From an uncultured Spirochaetota bacterium (GTDB taxonomy: Bacteria; Spirochaetota; Spirochaetia; SZUA-6; CAVTHK01): a stretch of DNA of 64,000 nt. Every line of letters begins with the position of its first letter. Positions within the stretch are counted from its first letter, which is position 1. The translations under genes and the position numbers were made by a program. Below the pieces are notes generated by a model. That model was not told where the DNA came from. It made no database searches and saw only the letters and a program-made list of their open reading frames with translations. The stretch is from contig CAVTHK010000007.1 of the NCBI GenBank assembly GCA_963734495.1, positions 384,001 through 448,000 on the forward strand, written 5' to 3'. Below, piece by piece: positions 11,113-22,295 of this stretch.

Positions 11113-11158
11113 CTCGTAATGAGCAGGCCTGGGGTTCGATTCCCCATCCTGGCTGAAA
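11113..11158 (+). repeat. 46-bp direct repeat copy 2 (att site; tRNA-Thr 3' fragment)
   Basis: Identical to 3529-3574; the tRNA 5' half is absent. Confidence 0.95.
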
Positions 11159-11396
11159 GGGAAGTCGAGGCAGAGTAAAGAGTCAGGCGCTGCAAGATCG
11201 CGGGGCCTTTTCGTCTGACATGCGCCGATCCGTGACGCACATGATATGCAGCTTCTCCCTCTCCGTTTTCACCTTGCTCGAGCGCAGGTCGGGATCGAGC
11301 CGTCTTGAGGGATGAGCGCGCGCTGCCGTTACCGCGGCCGTTCCCGAAGCCCACGGCGGCAAACAGACTGTGAAGCCGGTACCGGGATTGGATAGT

Positions 11397-11660
11397 TCAC
11401 TCGTAGTGCGTCCACATCCGAATGATCTTCACGACTCGTTCGCGCTCGTAGACCTGATACACGATCCGGTGCTGAATGTTCAGCCGTCTTGAGTACGCGC
11501 CACTGAGGTCACCGAGCAGCTTCTCGTAGGGCGGTGGGGTCTGAAAGGGATTCTGCTTGAGCGCCGCCAGAATGCGTTCAGCCTTCGGACGTAGCGCTGC
11601 GCGAGCAACCTGCCGCGCGTCCTTCTGGGCCTGTTTGGTGAATACGACCCTGTAGCTCAC
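11397..11660 (-). CDS. yoeB: Txe/YoeB family toxin
   Basis: NPFQTPPPYEKLLGDLSGAYSRRLNIQHRIVYQV...RMWTHYE; GTGA overlap with the antitoxin. Confidence 0.92.
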   Translation of the reverse strand: MSYRVVFTKQAQKDARQVARAALRPKAERILAALKQNPFQTPPPYEKLLGDLSGAYSRRLNIQHRIVYQVYERERVVKIIRMWTHYE

Positions 11661-11899
11661 CAGCCCGGGCTCTCGGAACACTTCTCGATAGGTTCGCGCA
11701 TGCCCTTGCGAATCGACTCCCGCATCCCCGGAATGGCGGACAGGTACAGGGTCTCCTGAATCGCCTTCCAGTCGTCCTCAGACACCAGAACCGCCGAGGT
11801 GCTCTTGCCGGTGATGGTCACCGGCTCGTGCGATTCGTTGACGTCATCGATGAGTCGATAGAGATTCTTGCGAGCATTAGTCGCGTTGACCGTACCCAT
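11657..11899 (-). CDS. yefM: Phd/YefM family antitoxin
   Basis: NATNARKNLYRLIDDVNESHEPVTITGKSTSAVLVSEDDWKAIQETLYLSAIPGMRESI. Confidence 0.92.
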   Translation of the reverse strand: MGTVNATNARKNLYRLIDDVNESHEPVTITGKSTSAVLVSEDDWKAIQETLYLSAIPGMRESIRKGMREPIEKCSESPGW

Positions 11900-11911
11900 A
11901 GGAAAGCTCCC

Positions 11912-11965
11912 AACGTACGTTCTCACGTACGCATACAAGATAACCCATCGAGCGGCCGATGTAAA
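11912..11965 (-). promoter_or_regulatory. TA promoter and autoregulatory operator
   Basis: Minus strand TTTACA-17-TATCTT, followed by two CGTACG palindromes 12 bp apart (11914-11919, 11926-11931). Confidence 0.7.
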
Positions 11966-12214
11966 GCCGCCATGGAGGAATTCCTGCATCAGATCATCAA
12001 GGGAGACTTCATGCGCTCTGGCGATCTGCCGGAGCGTCCTGACCGAAATTCCCGCGGACGGGCATTTTCGACGATTGGTCCGTGCGTGAGCATGCTTCGA
12101 CCTCCTCGGTGCATCGTCTCCGAAAATTGATGACTTCGTAAGGGATTGTTTATGGTCATCCGGCCTCTCAGCGCCTATCTTGTGCAAGGAACAGGATGAG
12201 AGCCGGGGGGAAGA

Positions 12215-13666
12215 ATGAAAGGGCGTTCGGCGCACGCATACGTCATCGCGGCCTTCCTTGGGGCAGCCGGGCTCCTCTCGTTCTCGCAGGAGGCCGCTCC
12301 CGGGCCGGCTTCGGCATCGCCGACGACCTCTGCGCCGCCGGTGACCCTCGAGGAGTGCGTGGCTGCGGCGAAATCGGGAGCCCCCGGCTTGAAGCTCGCG
12401 GGAATCGCTCTCGACAGCGCCCGGGCTGCGCTGCGCCAGGTTCAGGGCGCGAACGCGCTGACTCTCGGGGCGACGACCGGCTACTCTCACCAGGGAGACG
12501 TCCCCGGCGTTTCGCAGGCAGCCGCCGCGTCGGCGGGCTCAGCGCTGCCGGGCGGCACGGGCGAGAACATCCAGGCGGGGCTGTCACTCGCCGGTCCGGC
12601 CACGAGCGTTGACCTCACCGGCCAGCACGCGATCGCGGATGAGAGCCCTGTCAGCCAGGCAACCACCGTCAGCCTCTCCGGCAGCCAGACGGTCTTTGAC
12701 GGCTACCCCGGCGGGCGCGCGTCGGCGGCCGTCAGGGCGGCCGACTATACGTATCAGGTTGCCCAGGTCACGTATGACTCGTCGCTCAAGAGCCTCGTGT
12801 ACCAGGTCAAGCAGGCGTACTACACGCTGCTCGGTGATCAGAGCACCGTCCAGGTCCGCGAGGCAACGGTGAAGCAGGCGAGCGACAACGTCAACTACGT
12901 GCAGGGGCTGTTCGGCGTCCAGCGCGCTACGAAGCTCGACGTCCTTCAGGTTCAGTTCACCCTGAACCAGGCACAGCTCGACCTGCGGTCTGCGGAGAAC
13001 GCCGTGGAAACGGACCGGAAGAAGCTCTCCCTCGCGATCGGGTGGCCGCTGGACAAGCAGTACCAGGTCGCGGAGATCGCGGCTCCCGCCGTTCCGTCCG
13101 CCGACCCGACGGCGGCGCTGACCACCGCCTTTGAGAACCGCCCGGAGCTGAGGACGCTGGCGCTGAACAGGGCCTCCGCAGACGTCTCCCTGAAGCTCCA
13201 GAAGAGCCAGTATTCGCCGGTGGTGTCGCTGACCGGTTCACTGGACGTCGGGCAGAACTGGACAACGAACGTGAACAGCGGGACCTTCAGCGCCGGCGTC
13301 AAGATCGCGCTGCCGCCGATCTACGACGCGGGCCAGCAGAGCGCAAAGGTTCAGCAGGCCTCCGACCAGGTTTCTTCGTTCGCAGTTCAGGACGGCCAGC
13401 AGCGGCAGAGCATCACCATCGACGTGCAGAGCGCGCTGTTCGGCGTGAACGACGCGCAGAACCGCCTCGACCTGGCGCAGCTGAACGTGCAGCAGGCGCA
13501 GGGACAGTACGATCTGGAGAAGGCCAGGTACGCCGTCGGGCTGCGGACGACGCTGGACGTGCTCACGGCCTTTTCAACGCTTACGACCGCGCAGGTCGGG
13601 CTCGTTCAGGCCAGGAGCAACTACGCGCTGGCCATACTGAACCTGAGCAACGTCATGGGGCTGTGA
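12215..13666 (+). CDS. TolC family outer-membrane efflux protein
   Basis: Signal peptide; VKQAYYTLL, AFENRPEL, RYAVGLRTTLDVL; first gene of the adaptor-ABC operon. Confidence 0.85.
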   Translation: MKGRSAHAYVIAAFLGAAGLLSFSQEAAPGPASASPTTSAPPVTLEECVAAAKSGAPGLKLAGIALDSARAALRQVQGANALTLGATTGYSHQGDVPGVSQAAAASAGSALPGGTGENIQAGLSLAGPATSVDLTGQHAIADESPVSQATTVSLSGSQTVFDGYPGGRASAAVRAADYTYQVAQVTYDSSLKSLVYQVKQAYYTLLGDQSTVQVREATVKQASDNVNYVQGLFGVQRATKLDVLQVQFTLNQAQLDLRSAENAVETDRKKLSLAIGWPLDKQYQVAEIAAPAVPSADPTAALTTAFENRPELRTLALNRASADVSLKLQKSQYSPVVSLTGSLDVGQNWTTNVNSGTFSAGVKIALPPIYDAGQQSAKVQQASDQVSSFAVQDGQQRQSITIDVQSALFGVNDAQNRLDLAQLNVQQAQGQYDLEKARYAVGLRTTLDVLTAFSTLTTAQVGLVQARSNYALAILNLSNVMGL

Positions 13667-13680
13667 GTGGAGGGGATCCG

Positions 13681-15248
13681 ATGAAAATGAGACCGAGGGT
13701 GTTCATCATCGCGGGGGTAGTGCTCGTTGTCGTGATCGGGGCCTTTGTCGTGGTGCGTCCCCTGATGTCCCGGCGGGACGGCATCTCCTACGTCACACGG
13801 CCCGTCGGGTACGCCGACATCTCGGCGACGGTCAACGAGACCGGGACGGTCAACCCCGTGGACCAGGTGCTGGTCGGCAGCGAAGTCTCGGGGACCATCC
13901 GCACGCTCGGCGCGGACTTCAACTCCAAGGTGACCAGGGGGCAGGTCCTCGCCACCCTCGATCCCACGACGTTCAAGGCCGCTGTCGACTCGGCCCAGGC
14001 GAACCTCATGCTGGTGCAGGCCAGTCTCGACAGCGCGCGGGTGAATGTCGGCAAGGCCAAGGCTCAGCTGGACATGGCCAACCTGACGCTGCAGCGCGAT
14101 GAGACGCTCGCCAAGCAGGACTTCATCAACCAGAACCAGGTTGACGTCGATCGGACCGCGGCCCAGACCGCCCAGCAGGACTACCTCGGATCGCAGGCCG
14201 CTGTCCGGGTGGCGGAGGCCCAGGTCTCGGTCTCCAGGGGTCAGCTCGAGCAGGCCCAGTACAACCTGTCCAAGACCGTGATCCTCAGCCCCTTTGACGG
14301 CATCGTGATGGCTCGCAACGTGAGCGTCGGACAGACCGTGGCGGCATCGCTCTCGGCGCCCACGCTGTTCACGATCGCGACGAGCCTCGCGGACATGCAG
14401 GTAGACACCTCCGTGGACGAGGCCGACGTCGGCAGCGTCCGCGCCGGACAGGCCGCGGAGATCACGGTGAATGCGTTCCCCAACGTGGTCTTTTCGGGAA
14501 CCGTCGAGCAGGTCAGGATCAACCCGACCGTCACCCAGAACGTCGTGACCTACGACGCAGTCGTGCGCGTCCACGACACCTCGGGCAGGCTGCTGCCCGG
14601 CATGACGGCTCAGGTGACGATCGAGGTCGGCAGGAGGCAGCAGGTGCTCGCCGTTCCGATCGCCGCGGTCCTCTATCGCCCGCTCGCGGCTCAGCCTGCG
14701 TCGAGCGGCGGGTTCGGCGCTGGCGGCGGATTCGGGGCTGGGGTCGTTCAGACCGCGGCTTCGGCACCGGTGGCCGGAGCGCCCGGGAGCCAGGTCACGG
14801 TTTGGGTGCTGCGCAACGGCCGCCCGACGCCGGTTCAGGTCGTGATCGGGCTGACGGACGGAAAGAGCATCGAGATCACCGGCGGCGGCCTGCAAGCCGG
14901 GGACCCCATCATCACGGCTCAGCGCCGCGGATCGGGCAGAGGCGGACCTTCGGGGAGACAGGGTGGAGCGGTTCAGTCCGCGAACACGCCCGCCAGGGGC
15001 CCGGCAGGCGCGGCCGGTGTCGCGCCGCCGGCCGGCTCGTCCGCCAACGCACCGGCCGCCCTCTCGAGCGGCGCGGGCAGCCGTCCTGACGGGAGCTCGT
15101 CACCCGCCGCTCCGGCCCGGGCGGGCGAGGCGACAAGCGCGTCGAGCAGTCAGGCGGTTGACGGGAAGGCGCTCCCCTCAGACCGCCCGACTCGAGGCCG
15201 GCGGGTGCAGCCAAAGGACACCCCGAACGACGCAGCGGGGGCTACCCC

Positions 15249-15252
<4 letters not shown>
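13681..15252 (+). CDS. MacA-like periplasmic adaptor subunit with a low-complexity C-terminal tail
   Basis: VGSEVSGTI...DFNSKVTRGQVLATLDP, ILSPFDGIV..RNVSVGQTVAASLSAPTLF, LLPGMTA. Confidence 0.9.
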
Positions 15253-16003
<751 letters not shown>

Positions 16004-16007
<4 letters not shown>

Positions 16008-17221
16008 GCCTCATGGTTCTCATCCGGACGGCGTGGAAGGCGCTGCAGCGGAATGTCAGCCGGTCCCTCCTGACGATGCTGGGCATCATCATCGGCGTGG
16101 GCGCCGTGATCGCCTCGATGGCCATCGGCGCGGGAGCCCAGGCGGCCGTGCTCAAGCAGATCGAGAGCCTGGGCGCCAACCTGGTGGTCATCACCCCAGG
16201 CAGCATCACCAGCGGGGGTGTGAGGCTCGGGGGCGGGACCCGCACGTCGCTGCGACAGACCGACGTCGCCTCCATCGCCGGAATCATCCCGAACGTGGCC
16301 GCCGCCGCCCCCTATTCGCAGACCAGCGGGCAGGTGGTTGCCGCGGGCGCCAACTGGTCGACGAGCGTCGGAGGGACGACTCCTGCCTGGTTCACGATCG
16401 GAAGCTGGAACATCGCCCAGGGGCGCATTTTCACCGACGACGAGGTCGCGAGGGTGGCGAAGGTCGCGGTGCTCGGCAGCACGGTGGCCGCGAACCTCTT
16501 TCCCACGGGGAGCGGGATCGGGGCGACTGTGGTGATCAAGAGCGTTCCGTTCAAGGTGACCGGAGTGCTCGCCTCGAAAGGGCAGACCGGCTTCGGCAGG
16601 GACCAGGACGACGTGGTGATCGTGCCGATCACCTCGCACCAGCAGCTGCTGACGGGTCAGTCGTGGGTCAACAGCATCCAGGTTTCCGCATCCACTCCGG
16701 ACGCGGTGCCGGGCGTCATCGACTCCACCGAGCGCCTCATGCGCCTTCTGCACCACTTGTCCCCTCGCGACAGCGACGACTTCACCATCCGCAACGTGGC
16801 GAACGTCCAGCAGGTGCGCATCGCCACCACCCAGACCCAGGCGCTCCTGCTTGCGGCCGTCGCCGTCGTCTCGCTGGTGGTCGGGGGAATCGGGATCATG
16901 AACATCATGCTGGTCTCGGTGACCGAGCGTACCCGCGAGATCGGGCTGCGCATGGCCGTCGGCGCCCCCGGCCGCTACATTCTGCTGCAGTTCCTCATCG
17001 AGGCTCTCATGATGGCGAGCGCCGGCGGCGTGATCGGCATCGGCATGGGCATCGCCACCTCGTACCTGGTGTCGTTGGTGGGCAATTGGCCGACGGTGAT
17101 CACGGCGTTCTCCGTCGTCCTCGGATTCGTGTCCGCCGTGGTCACAGGGGTCGTGTTCGGATTCTACCCCGCCCAGCGGGCGGCCGCCCTGGACCCGATC
17201 GACGCCCTGCGTTACGAGTAG
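16004..17221 (+). CDS. MacB-type ABC permease
   Basis: LTMLGIIIGVGAVI, GGIGIMNIMLVSVTERTREIGLRMAVGA, PAQRAAALDPIDALRYE. Confidence 0.95.
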
Positions 17222-17263
17222 AGCGAGCGCGCGCGTCGGCCTCTCGCGCACGGCGCCGGCTGT

Positions 17264-19422
17264 CTACCCCGCGAGCGCGTCCAGTATCGCGATGTAGGAG
17301 TCGGTCTCCTTTCGGAAATCCTTCAGGAAGGAGTTGTCCTCGACGCGGCCCAGGACGGCGATCATCTCCTCATCGCTCTCGTACAACATCCTCCGATAGG
17401 GGTCCTCGTAGTCCTTTCGGCGGGATGAATACGCCGAGTCGCAGACGGAGGCAAAGGTGTCGCGCGTGGTGCGCAGAAGCGACTTCCACCCGCCGGCGTC
17501 CATGGAGCCGATCTCGAGCTGCGAGCGCCTGCTCGAGCACGAAGAGGGCGTAGCGGGCCTTCTTCTGCGGATAGCCGGCCCAGAGCTCGTTGTAGCGAGC
17601 ATGCACCGCGTCCCAGCTCGCCGAGGGATCCCGGACTTGAGGTCGGCCTTGAGCGCGTCGAGGTCCTTCTTCGCGATGACCTGGCCCCCGCAGTTCACCC
17701 ACTGCTCGGCGTTCTCCGTCGAATGGAGAGACTCGACCCCCTTGAGAAAGGACGGGAGGGAGGTTCGGGTGTCGGCTCGGAGGAAGTCGACGAGCGTCTT
17801 GACCGCGAAGTACGCGCAGAAGTCGCGGTAGTGCTTCCAGCCCCGTGCGGGCTTCTCGATGCGTCCGCCGAAGCGTTTCATGCACGCCGCGTCTTCGAGC
17901 GCGCTCTCGTCGCCGCGCGATCGCGACGAGGATTTCGCGTCCCGTCGCGCGCGGCGTCGGCGGCCCCGCCGCCCCGGCCGCGCAGGAGTCTCCAGCCGGG
18001 CCATCGCCGCCAGGATCTCCTGCACGGTGTCGGGGGCGAGGTAGTCGATCTCGATGTTCTGGTCCCTCACCTTGCGCAGGTCGCGCCTGCGGAACTTCCA
18101 GGAATTGCGGGCCATCGCGTACATGTTGTGCACGAACCAGTACGCGGGCATGAGATGCACGGCCTCGTCCGCGGGGTCGAGAAAGACCAGGGAGAACGGG
18201 TACGGGATGTCCAGCTCGTAGGAATACGAGCCCTTGGCCACGAGGACGAACGACGCGAAGCGGCTGTTGTGCTTGAAGTTGGTGCACAGCCCGGGCCAGA
18301 ACCCGCGGCCCGCCACGATCTCGCCGTCGGGGGCGCGGGAGTTGTGGTTGGAGCCGATGGTGGCCCCCGCCGCGATGTTCGACTGCCCCATGATCGTCGC
18401 GGCGATGAGGAACGAGTTGTTGTGATGCTGCTCGTGGAACGGGAAGATGAGGTTGTTGAGCAGCTCGCAGCAGGAGACCGTGGAATTGTCCCCGAGCACC
18501 GAGTTCAGCAGGCGCGCGCCGTACTTGAGCTGGACGTTGCGCCCGGTCACGAAGCGGATCGCCTTGGCCTCGTAGAAGATGCGGTTGCCGTATCCCACGA
18601 TCCCGTTGACGAGCTCGACGCCCTCGCCGATCTGCGGAGCTTCTCGTCGCTGGACGACAGGATGGTGATGTTCTTGAGCTTGTTGGCGCCCTTGACGTAG
18701 GCGTCGGTGCCGATCTTGACGTCCTTGATGATGCCGCAGTCCTTGATGACGGTGCGGGCGCCGACCTCTCCGTAGGTCCCGCGCTCGGGGCTGAACCGCG
18801 CCTCGGTGATCTCGACGAGCCGCGCGAGGAGCTTCTCGTCGCCGCGGTGCTTCGACCACACCTAGGCGTCGGCGGGGAGCATGCCCTCGAACGGAAGAAT
18901 CGCCCTGCCCGCGTTCTCGTTGCCGACCTCGAGCCAGATCCTGACGCCCTCTTCCTCCCCCTTCTTGAGCACGCCGTTGCCGAACTTCGCGTGATTGGTG
19001 CAGAGCATCTCGTCGACGTTGAAGATGATGCAGGAGTCGCCGATCGTGTAGTGCGCGAGGTAGTGCACGTCGCGGATCGCCACGTTGTTCCCGATGCGGC
19101 ATGACATGATGGTGGAGTTGCGGATGCCCACGGGGAGCCTGAGGTCGTGGTACTCGACGAACTTGGGCTCGAGGTCGCCAAAGAGCACGCGGCCGTAGAA
19201 TTCGCAGTTGATGATCAGGTTTGGAGTGAATGCCTCGGTGACGAGGATGTCCTCCCAGCTTTCCGCGTAGTTGTTGTTCTTGACGAGGGCGGCGATCTCG
19301 TCGGCGTGGAGCGCCCGGAGCCTGGCGCTGCCGCGGCCGTCGTCAGCGCCGCCGTCACGGCCCCCGGGCATAAAGGTGCTCGAGATGTCTTCGATCGGTT
19401 CTATATGGATGGTGTCCGACAT
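17264..19422 (-). CDS. DUF4954 family protein (in-frame TAG at 18862 and several frameshifts)
   Basis: AKFGNGVLK..EEEGVRIWLEVGNENAGRAILPFEGML; NSTVSCCELLNNLIFPFHEQHHNNSFLIA; GATIGSNHNSRAPDGEIVAGRGFWPGLC; MPAYWFVHNMYAMARN. Confidence 0.75.
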
Positions 19423-19524
19423 GAGCTGGATTATAGGTTCAGGCGGCCGGGCCGTCCATAAAAGGTTTTGACGCGTCGACATCGAGCCCCTAAACTGGGG
19501 CGATCAGCGCCGAGGAGGGGCAAC

Positions 19525-20484
19525 GTGGGCTTAACAGTAGCGGTGACCAGGAATTTCGATCACATGAGCGAAGTGGCCGCGGTCATCTTTGGCAGGACGC
19601 TCGACCGGGTGCTCAAGGAAAAGAAGGAGGCCGTTCTCGGGCTCGCGACGGGGAGCTCCCCCACGGGGCTGTACAAGCATCTCGCCAGGGCGGCCAACGC
19701 CGGCGAGCTCGACGCGAGGCGCGTGCGCACCTTCAACCTGGACGAATACATCGGGCTGCCGGGGGACAACGCCCAGCAGCGGGTGCTCCACCCGGAAAGC
19801 TATGCCTTCTTCATGATCCAGGAGCTCTTCTCCCTGCTCAACCCCAGGTTCGCGGAAACCAGCCTGCCTGGCGGAGCGCTCGTCGAGCAGGACACGCTCG
19901 AGGAGGAGATGGCGCGCAACCCCCGCGACTGGGAATACCGCGGCGACGGCAGCGGGAAATCGCTTGTCATCAAGGATTCGGCAGCCTCGAAGTACCTCGC
20001 GTGGGTCAGGGACGAGATCCAGAGGGGCTACGAGCGCCGGATCAAGGCGGCCGGGGGCATCGATATTCAGGTCATAGGGGTCGGAGGCAACGGGCACGTC
20101 GCCTTTCACGAGTCGGGGATCCCGTTCGAGGGGAGCCGGGTGCTGATCGTCAGGATGGACGAAAAGACGATCCGCGACGCGGTTGCCGACGGCCACTTCG
20201 CGACGGAAAGGGAGAGCCCTCGCTTTGCGGTGAGCATGGGAGCCGAGCTCGTGTACGAGGCACGAAACATCGTCCTGCTCGCCAGCGGCGAGAGAAAGCG
20301 CGTCCCGGTCGCCCGGAGCCTCCTCGAAGAGCCGAGCCCGCGGGTCCCCATCTCCTGCGGGCAGACCTACGCGAAGCGCGGCGGGAACCTCGTCTACGTC
20401 GTCGACGCCATGGCCGGCGCGGATCTCGTAAGCTCCGGGCCGGCTCTCGCGAGGCGCGGGATAGAGCTGCAGGACATGCGCTGA
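19525..20484 (+). CDS. NagB / glucosamine-6-phosphate deaminase-like protein with an internal insertion
   Basis: LGLATGSSP, TFNLDEYIGL, GGIDIQVIGVGGNGHVAFHE, LASGERK; GAGGAGG RBS; TTGACG-17-TAAACT promoter at 19468-19496. Confidence 0.75.
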   Translation: MGLTVAVTRNFDHMSEVAAVIFGRTLDRVLKEKKEAVLGLATGSSPTGLYKHLARAANAGELDARRVRTFNLDEYIGLPGDNAQQRVLHPESYAFFMIQELFSLLNPRFAETSLPGGALVEQDTLEEEMARNPRDWEYRGDGSGKSLVIKDSAASKYLAWVRDEIQRGYERRIKAAGGIDIQVIGVGGNGHVAFHESGIPFEGSRVLIVRMDEKTIRDAVADGHFATERESPRFAVSMGAELVYEARNIVLLASGERKRVPVARSLLEEPSPRVPISCGQTYAKRGGNLVYVVDAMAGADLVSSGPALARRGIELQDMR

Positions 20485-20580
20485 GCACTCGGCCCCCGCG
20501 CGGTTGACAGGCGGGCCTCGCCCGCGAAGACTCGAGCGACGCGCCGGCAGGCGAATCCCCGGAGCACGGAGGAAGAGGAG

Positions 20581-21627
20581 ATGCAGGAAACGCGGGTCGA
20601 TGGGCGCGAGCTTCAGGATTTCACAACGAAGGTCTTCGCGGGGCTGGGCATGCCCCTCGCCGACGCGGCGAAAGAAGCGGAGGTGCTGGTGTGGGCCAAC
20701 CTGCGCGGCGTGGATTCCCACGGGGTCCAGCGCGTCGCCGAGTACAGCCGCGCCGTCGACGAAGGGCGCATGAACGTGCGCCCGAAGATCCGCGTCGAAA
20801 AGGAGACGGCGGCGATCCTGCTGATAGAAGCCGATCGGGCCTTCGGGCCCGTCGTCACCACGCTGGCGATGGACAAGGTGATCGCCAAGGCGCGCCAGGT
20901 CGGCATCGGGTGGGCCTTGATCCGCAACACGACTCACCAGGGCGCCATGGCCTACTACTCGCGCATCGCCGCCGAACAGGGGCTGGCCGGACTCGCCGTC
21001 GTCTGCAATCCGCCTAACACGGCCCCTCCCGGCGCGAAGGCGGCCGGCGTCCACAACAGCCCGATCTCGATCGCGGTGCCTGGCGGGAGCCACGGCCCGC
21101 TCTGCCTCGACATGGCCACGAGCGTGGCCGCATGGGGCAAGGTGCAGGTCGCCATCGACAAGGGCGTCCCCATCCCGGAGGACTGGGCCCTCGACGCGCA
21201 GGGACGGCCCACCACCGATCCCGCGACCGCCAAGCTCCTGCGGCCGGCCGGCTCCTACAAGGGCTACGGTCTCGCGCTGCTCTTCGAGTGCCTGTCGAGC
21301 CTGATGGTGGGGAACCCGCTGCTGACCTCGACCATTCTGCAGCGCAATCCGGTGCTGCCGGGCACGCAGAACAGCTTCGTGGCGGCCATCGATGTCGCGC
21401 AGTTCACCGACGTCGAGGAGTACAGGCGGAACGTGGACCAGCTCGTGGAAACGATGCGCGGGCTGCCCGTGGTCGCGGGAGCGCCGTCGATCATGGTGCC
21501 CGGCGACCCCGAGGAGCGCGTCTACCGTGAGCGGGCGAGCAAGGGCATCCCTGTGCCGCCCGGAACGGCCGCGAAATTGCGCGCGGCTGCGGAGAGGTTC
21601 AAGCTCAAATTGCCTGCGGGTCTCTAG
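20581..21627 (+). CDS. Ldh_2 family (type-2 malate/L-lactate dehydrogenase) oxidoreductase
   Basis: ANLRGVDSHG, RNTTHQG, LDMATS..AWGK, GRPTTDP, YKGYGLA, VPGDPE. Confidence 0.9.
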   Translation: MQETRVDGRELQDFTTKVFAGLGMPLADAAKEAEVLVWANLRGVDSHGVQRVAEYSRAVDEGRMNVRPKIRVEKETAAILLIEADRAFGPVVTTLAMDKVIAKARQVGIGWALIRNTTHQGAMAYYSRIAAEQGLAGLAVVCNPPNTAPPGAKAAGVHNSPISIAVPGGSHGPLCLDMATSVAAWGKVQVAIDKGVPIPEDWALDAQGRPTTDPATAKLLRPAGSYKGYGLALLFECLSSLMVGNPLLTSTILQRNPVLPGTQNSFVAAIDVAQFTDVEEYRRNVDQLVETMRGLPVVAGAPSIMVPGDPEERVYRERASKGIPVPPGTAAKLRAAAERFKLKLPAGL

Positions 21628-21645
21628 GCCGCCCGGCGGCGGCCT
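21626..21645. terminator. GC hairpin between convergent genes
   Basis: AGGCCGCC-CGGC-GGCGGCCT. Confidence 0.4.
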
Positions 21646-21650
21646 TCAAC

Positions 21651-22295
21651 CTACTCTTCTGTGACTCTGCGCCGCGCCGCGACGAATCGGGCGAAGTCGT
21701 TGAGGTTGCGGATCACGATCTTGTCGGGGAACACCTCGAGGCGGCGCTGCGTCACGAAGTGATTGATGACGTTGCGGACCTTGTCCGGCGGCATGCCCGC
21801 CCAGTGCGCGACGTCGTCGACCGTGGACTGGATCTGCACGTTGCGGCCGTCGGCGGCATCCTCCCCCCGGGGCTGGGCCTCGGCGAGCATGAGGAACACG
21901 TCGGCCACCCGCGCCTCGGGGTCCGTGAGCGTGAGAATCATGAAGCGGCGCTTCTGATCGTAGATGCGCTTGGTGAAGAGCTTGAGCAGCTTCATCGCGA
22001 TCTGCGGATTGCCCTGCATGAGGATCTCGAAGTTCTCGCGGTTGAACTCGAGGGCCGTGACCTTGTCGAGCGCGATCGCGGTCGCCGAGCGGGGGGCCTC
22101 TTCCAGAATCGCCATCTCCCCGAACATCTCGCCGGGCTGGAGGATGTCGACGGTCTTCTGCAGGTCGCCCATGATCCTCACGATCTCGACCCTGCCGGAC
22201 TGGATGAGGTAGAAGGCGTCTCCGGGCTCGAACTCGCAGAAGATGATGTCGCCCTTCTGGAAGGTCTTGGCGAAGCGCTGGAACATCGAGCTCAC
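21651..22295 (-). CDS. Crp/Fnr family regulator
   Basis: FYLIQSGRV, GEMFGEMAILEEAPRSATA cNMP-binding motif; C-terminal HTH-like region. Confidence 0.85.
   Translation of the reverse strand: MSSMFQRFAKTFQKGDIIFCEFEPGDAFYLIQSGRVEIVRIMGDLQKTVDILQPGEMFGEMAILEEAPRSATAIALDKVTALEFNRENFEILMQGNPQIAMKLLKLFTKRIYDQKRRFMILTLTDPEARVADVFLMLAEAQPRGEDAADGRNVQIQSTVDDVAHWAGMPPDKVRNVINHFVTQRRLEVFPDKIVIRNLNDFARFVAARRRVTEE

Larger units (their letters stand above)
3529..11158. mobile_element. ~7.6 kb genomic island integrated at tRNA-Thr(CGT), no intact integrase
   Basis: Flanked by identical 46-bp repeats starting in the anticodon loop; accessory cargo and long non-coding or decayed stretches. Confidence 0.8.

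Noticed and set aside
11113..11158. Second tRNA gene
   Set aside because: Only the 3' half is present, with no D arm or 5' acceptor strand; it is an att remnant
18862..18864. In-frame TAG in DUF4954 (and at 9920) as pyrrolysine or stop-codon recoding
   Set aside because: No pyl genes in the window; TAG ends many normal genes here; the same gene has other errors; a one-base miscall such as TAC to TAG is simpler
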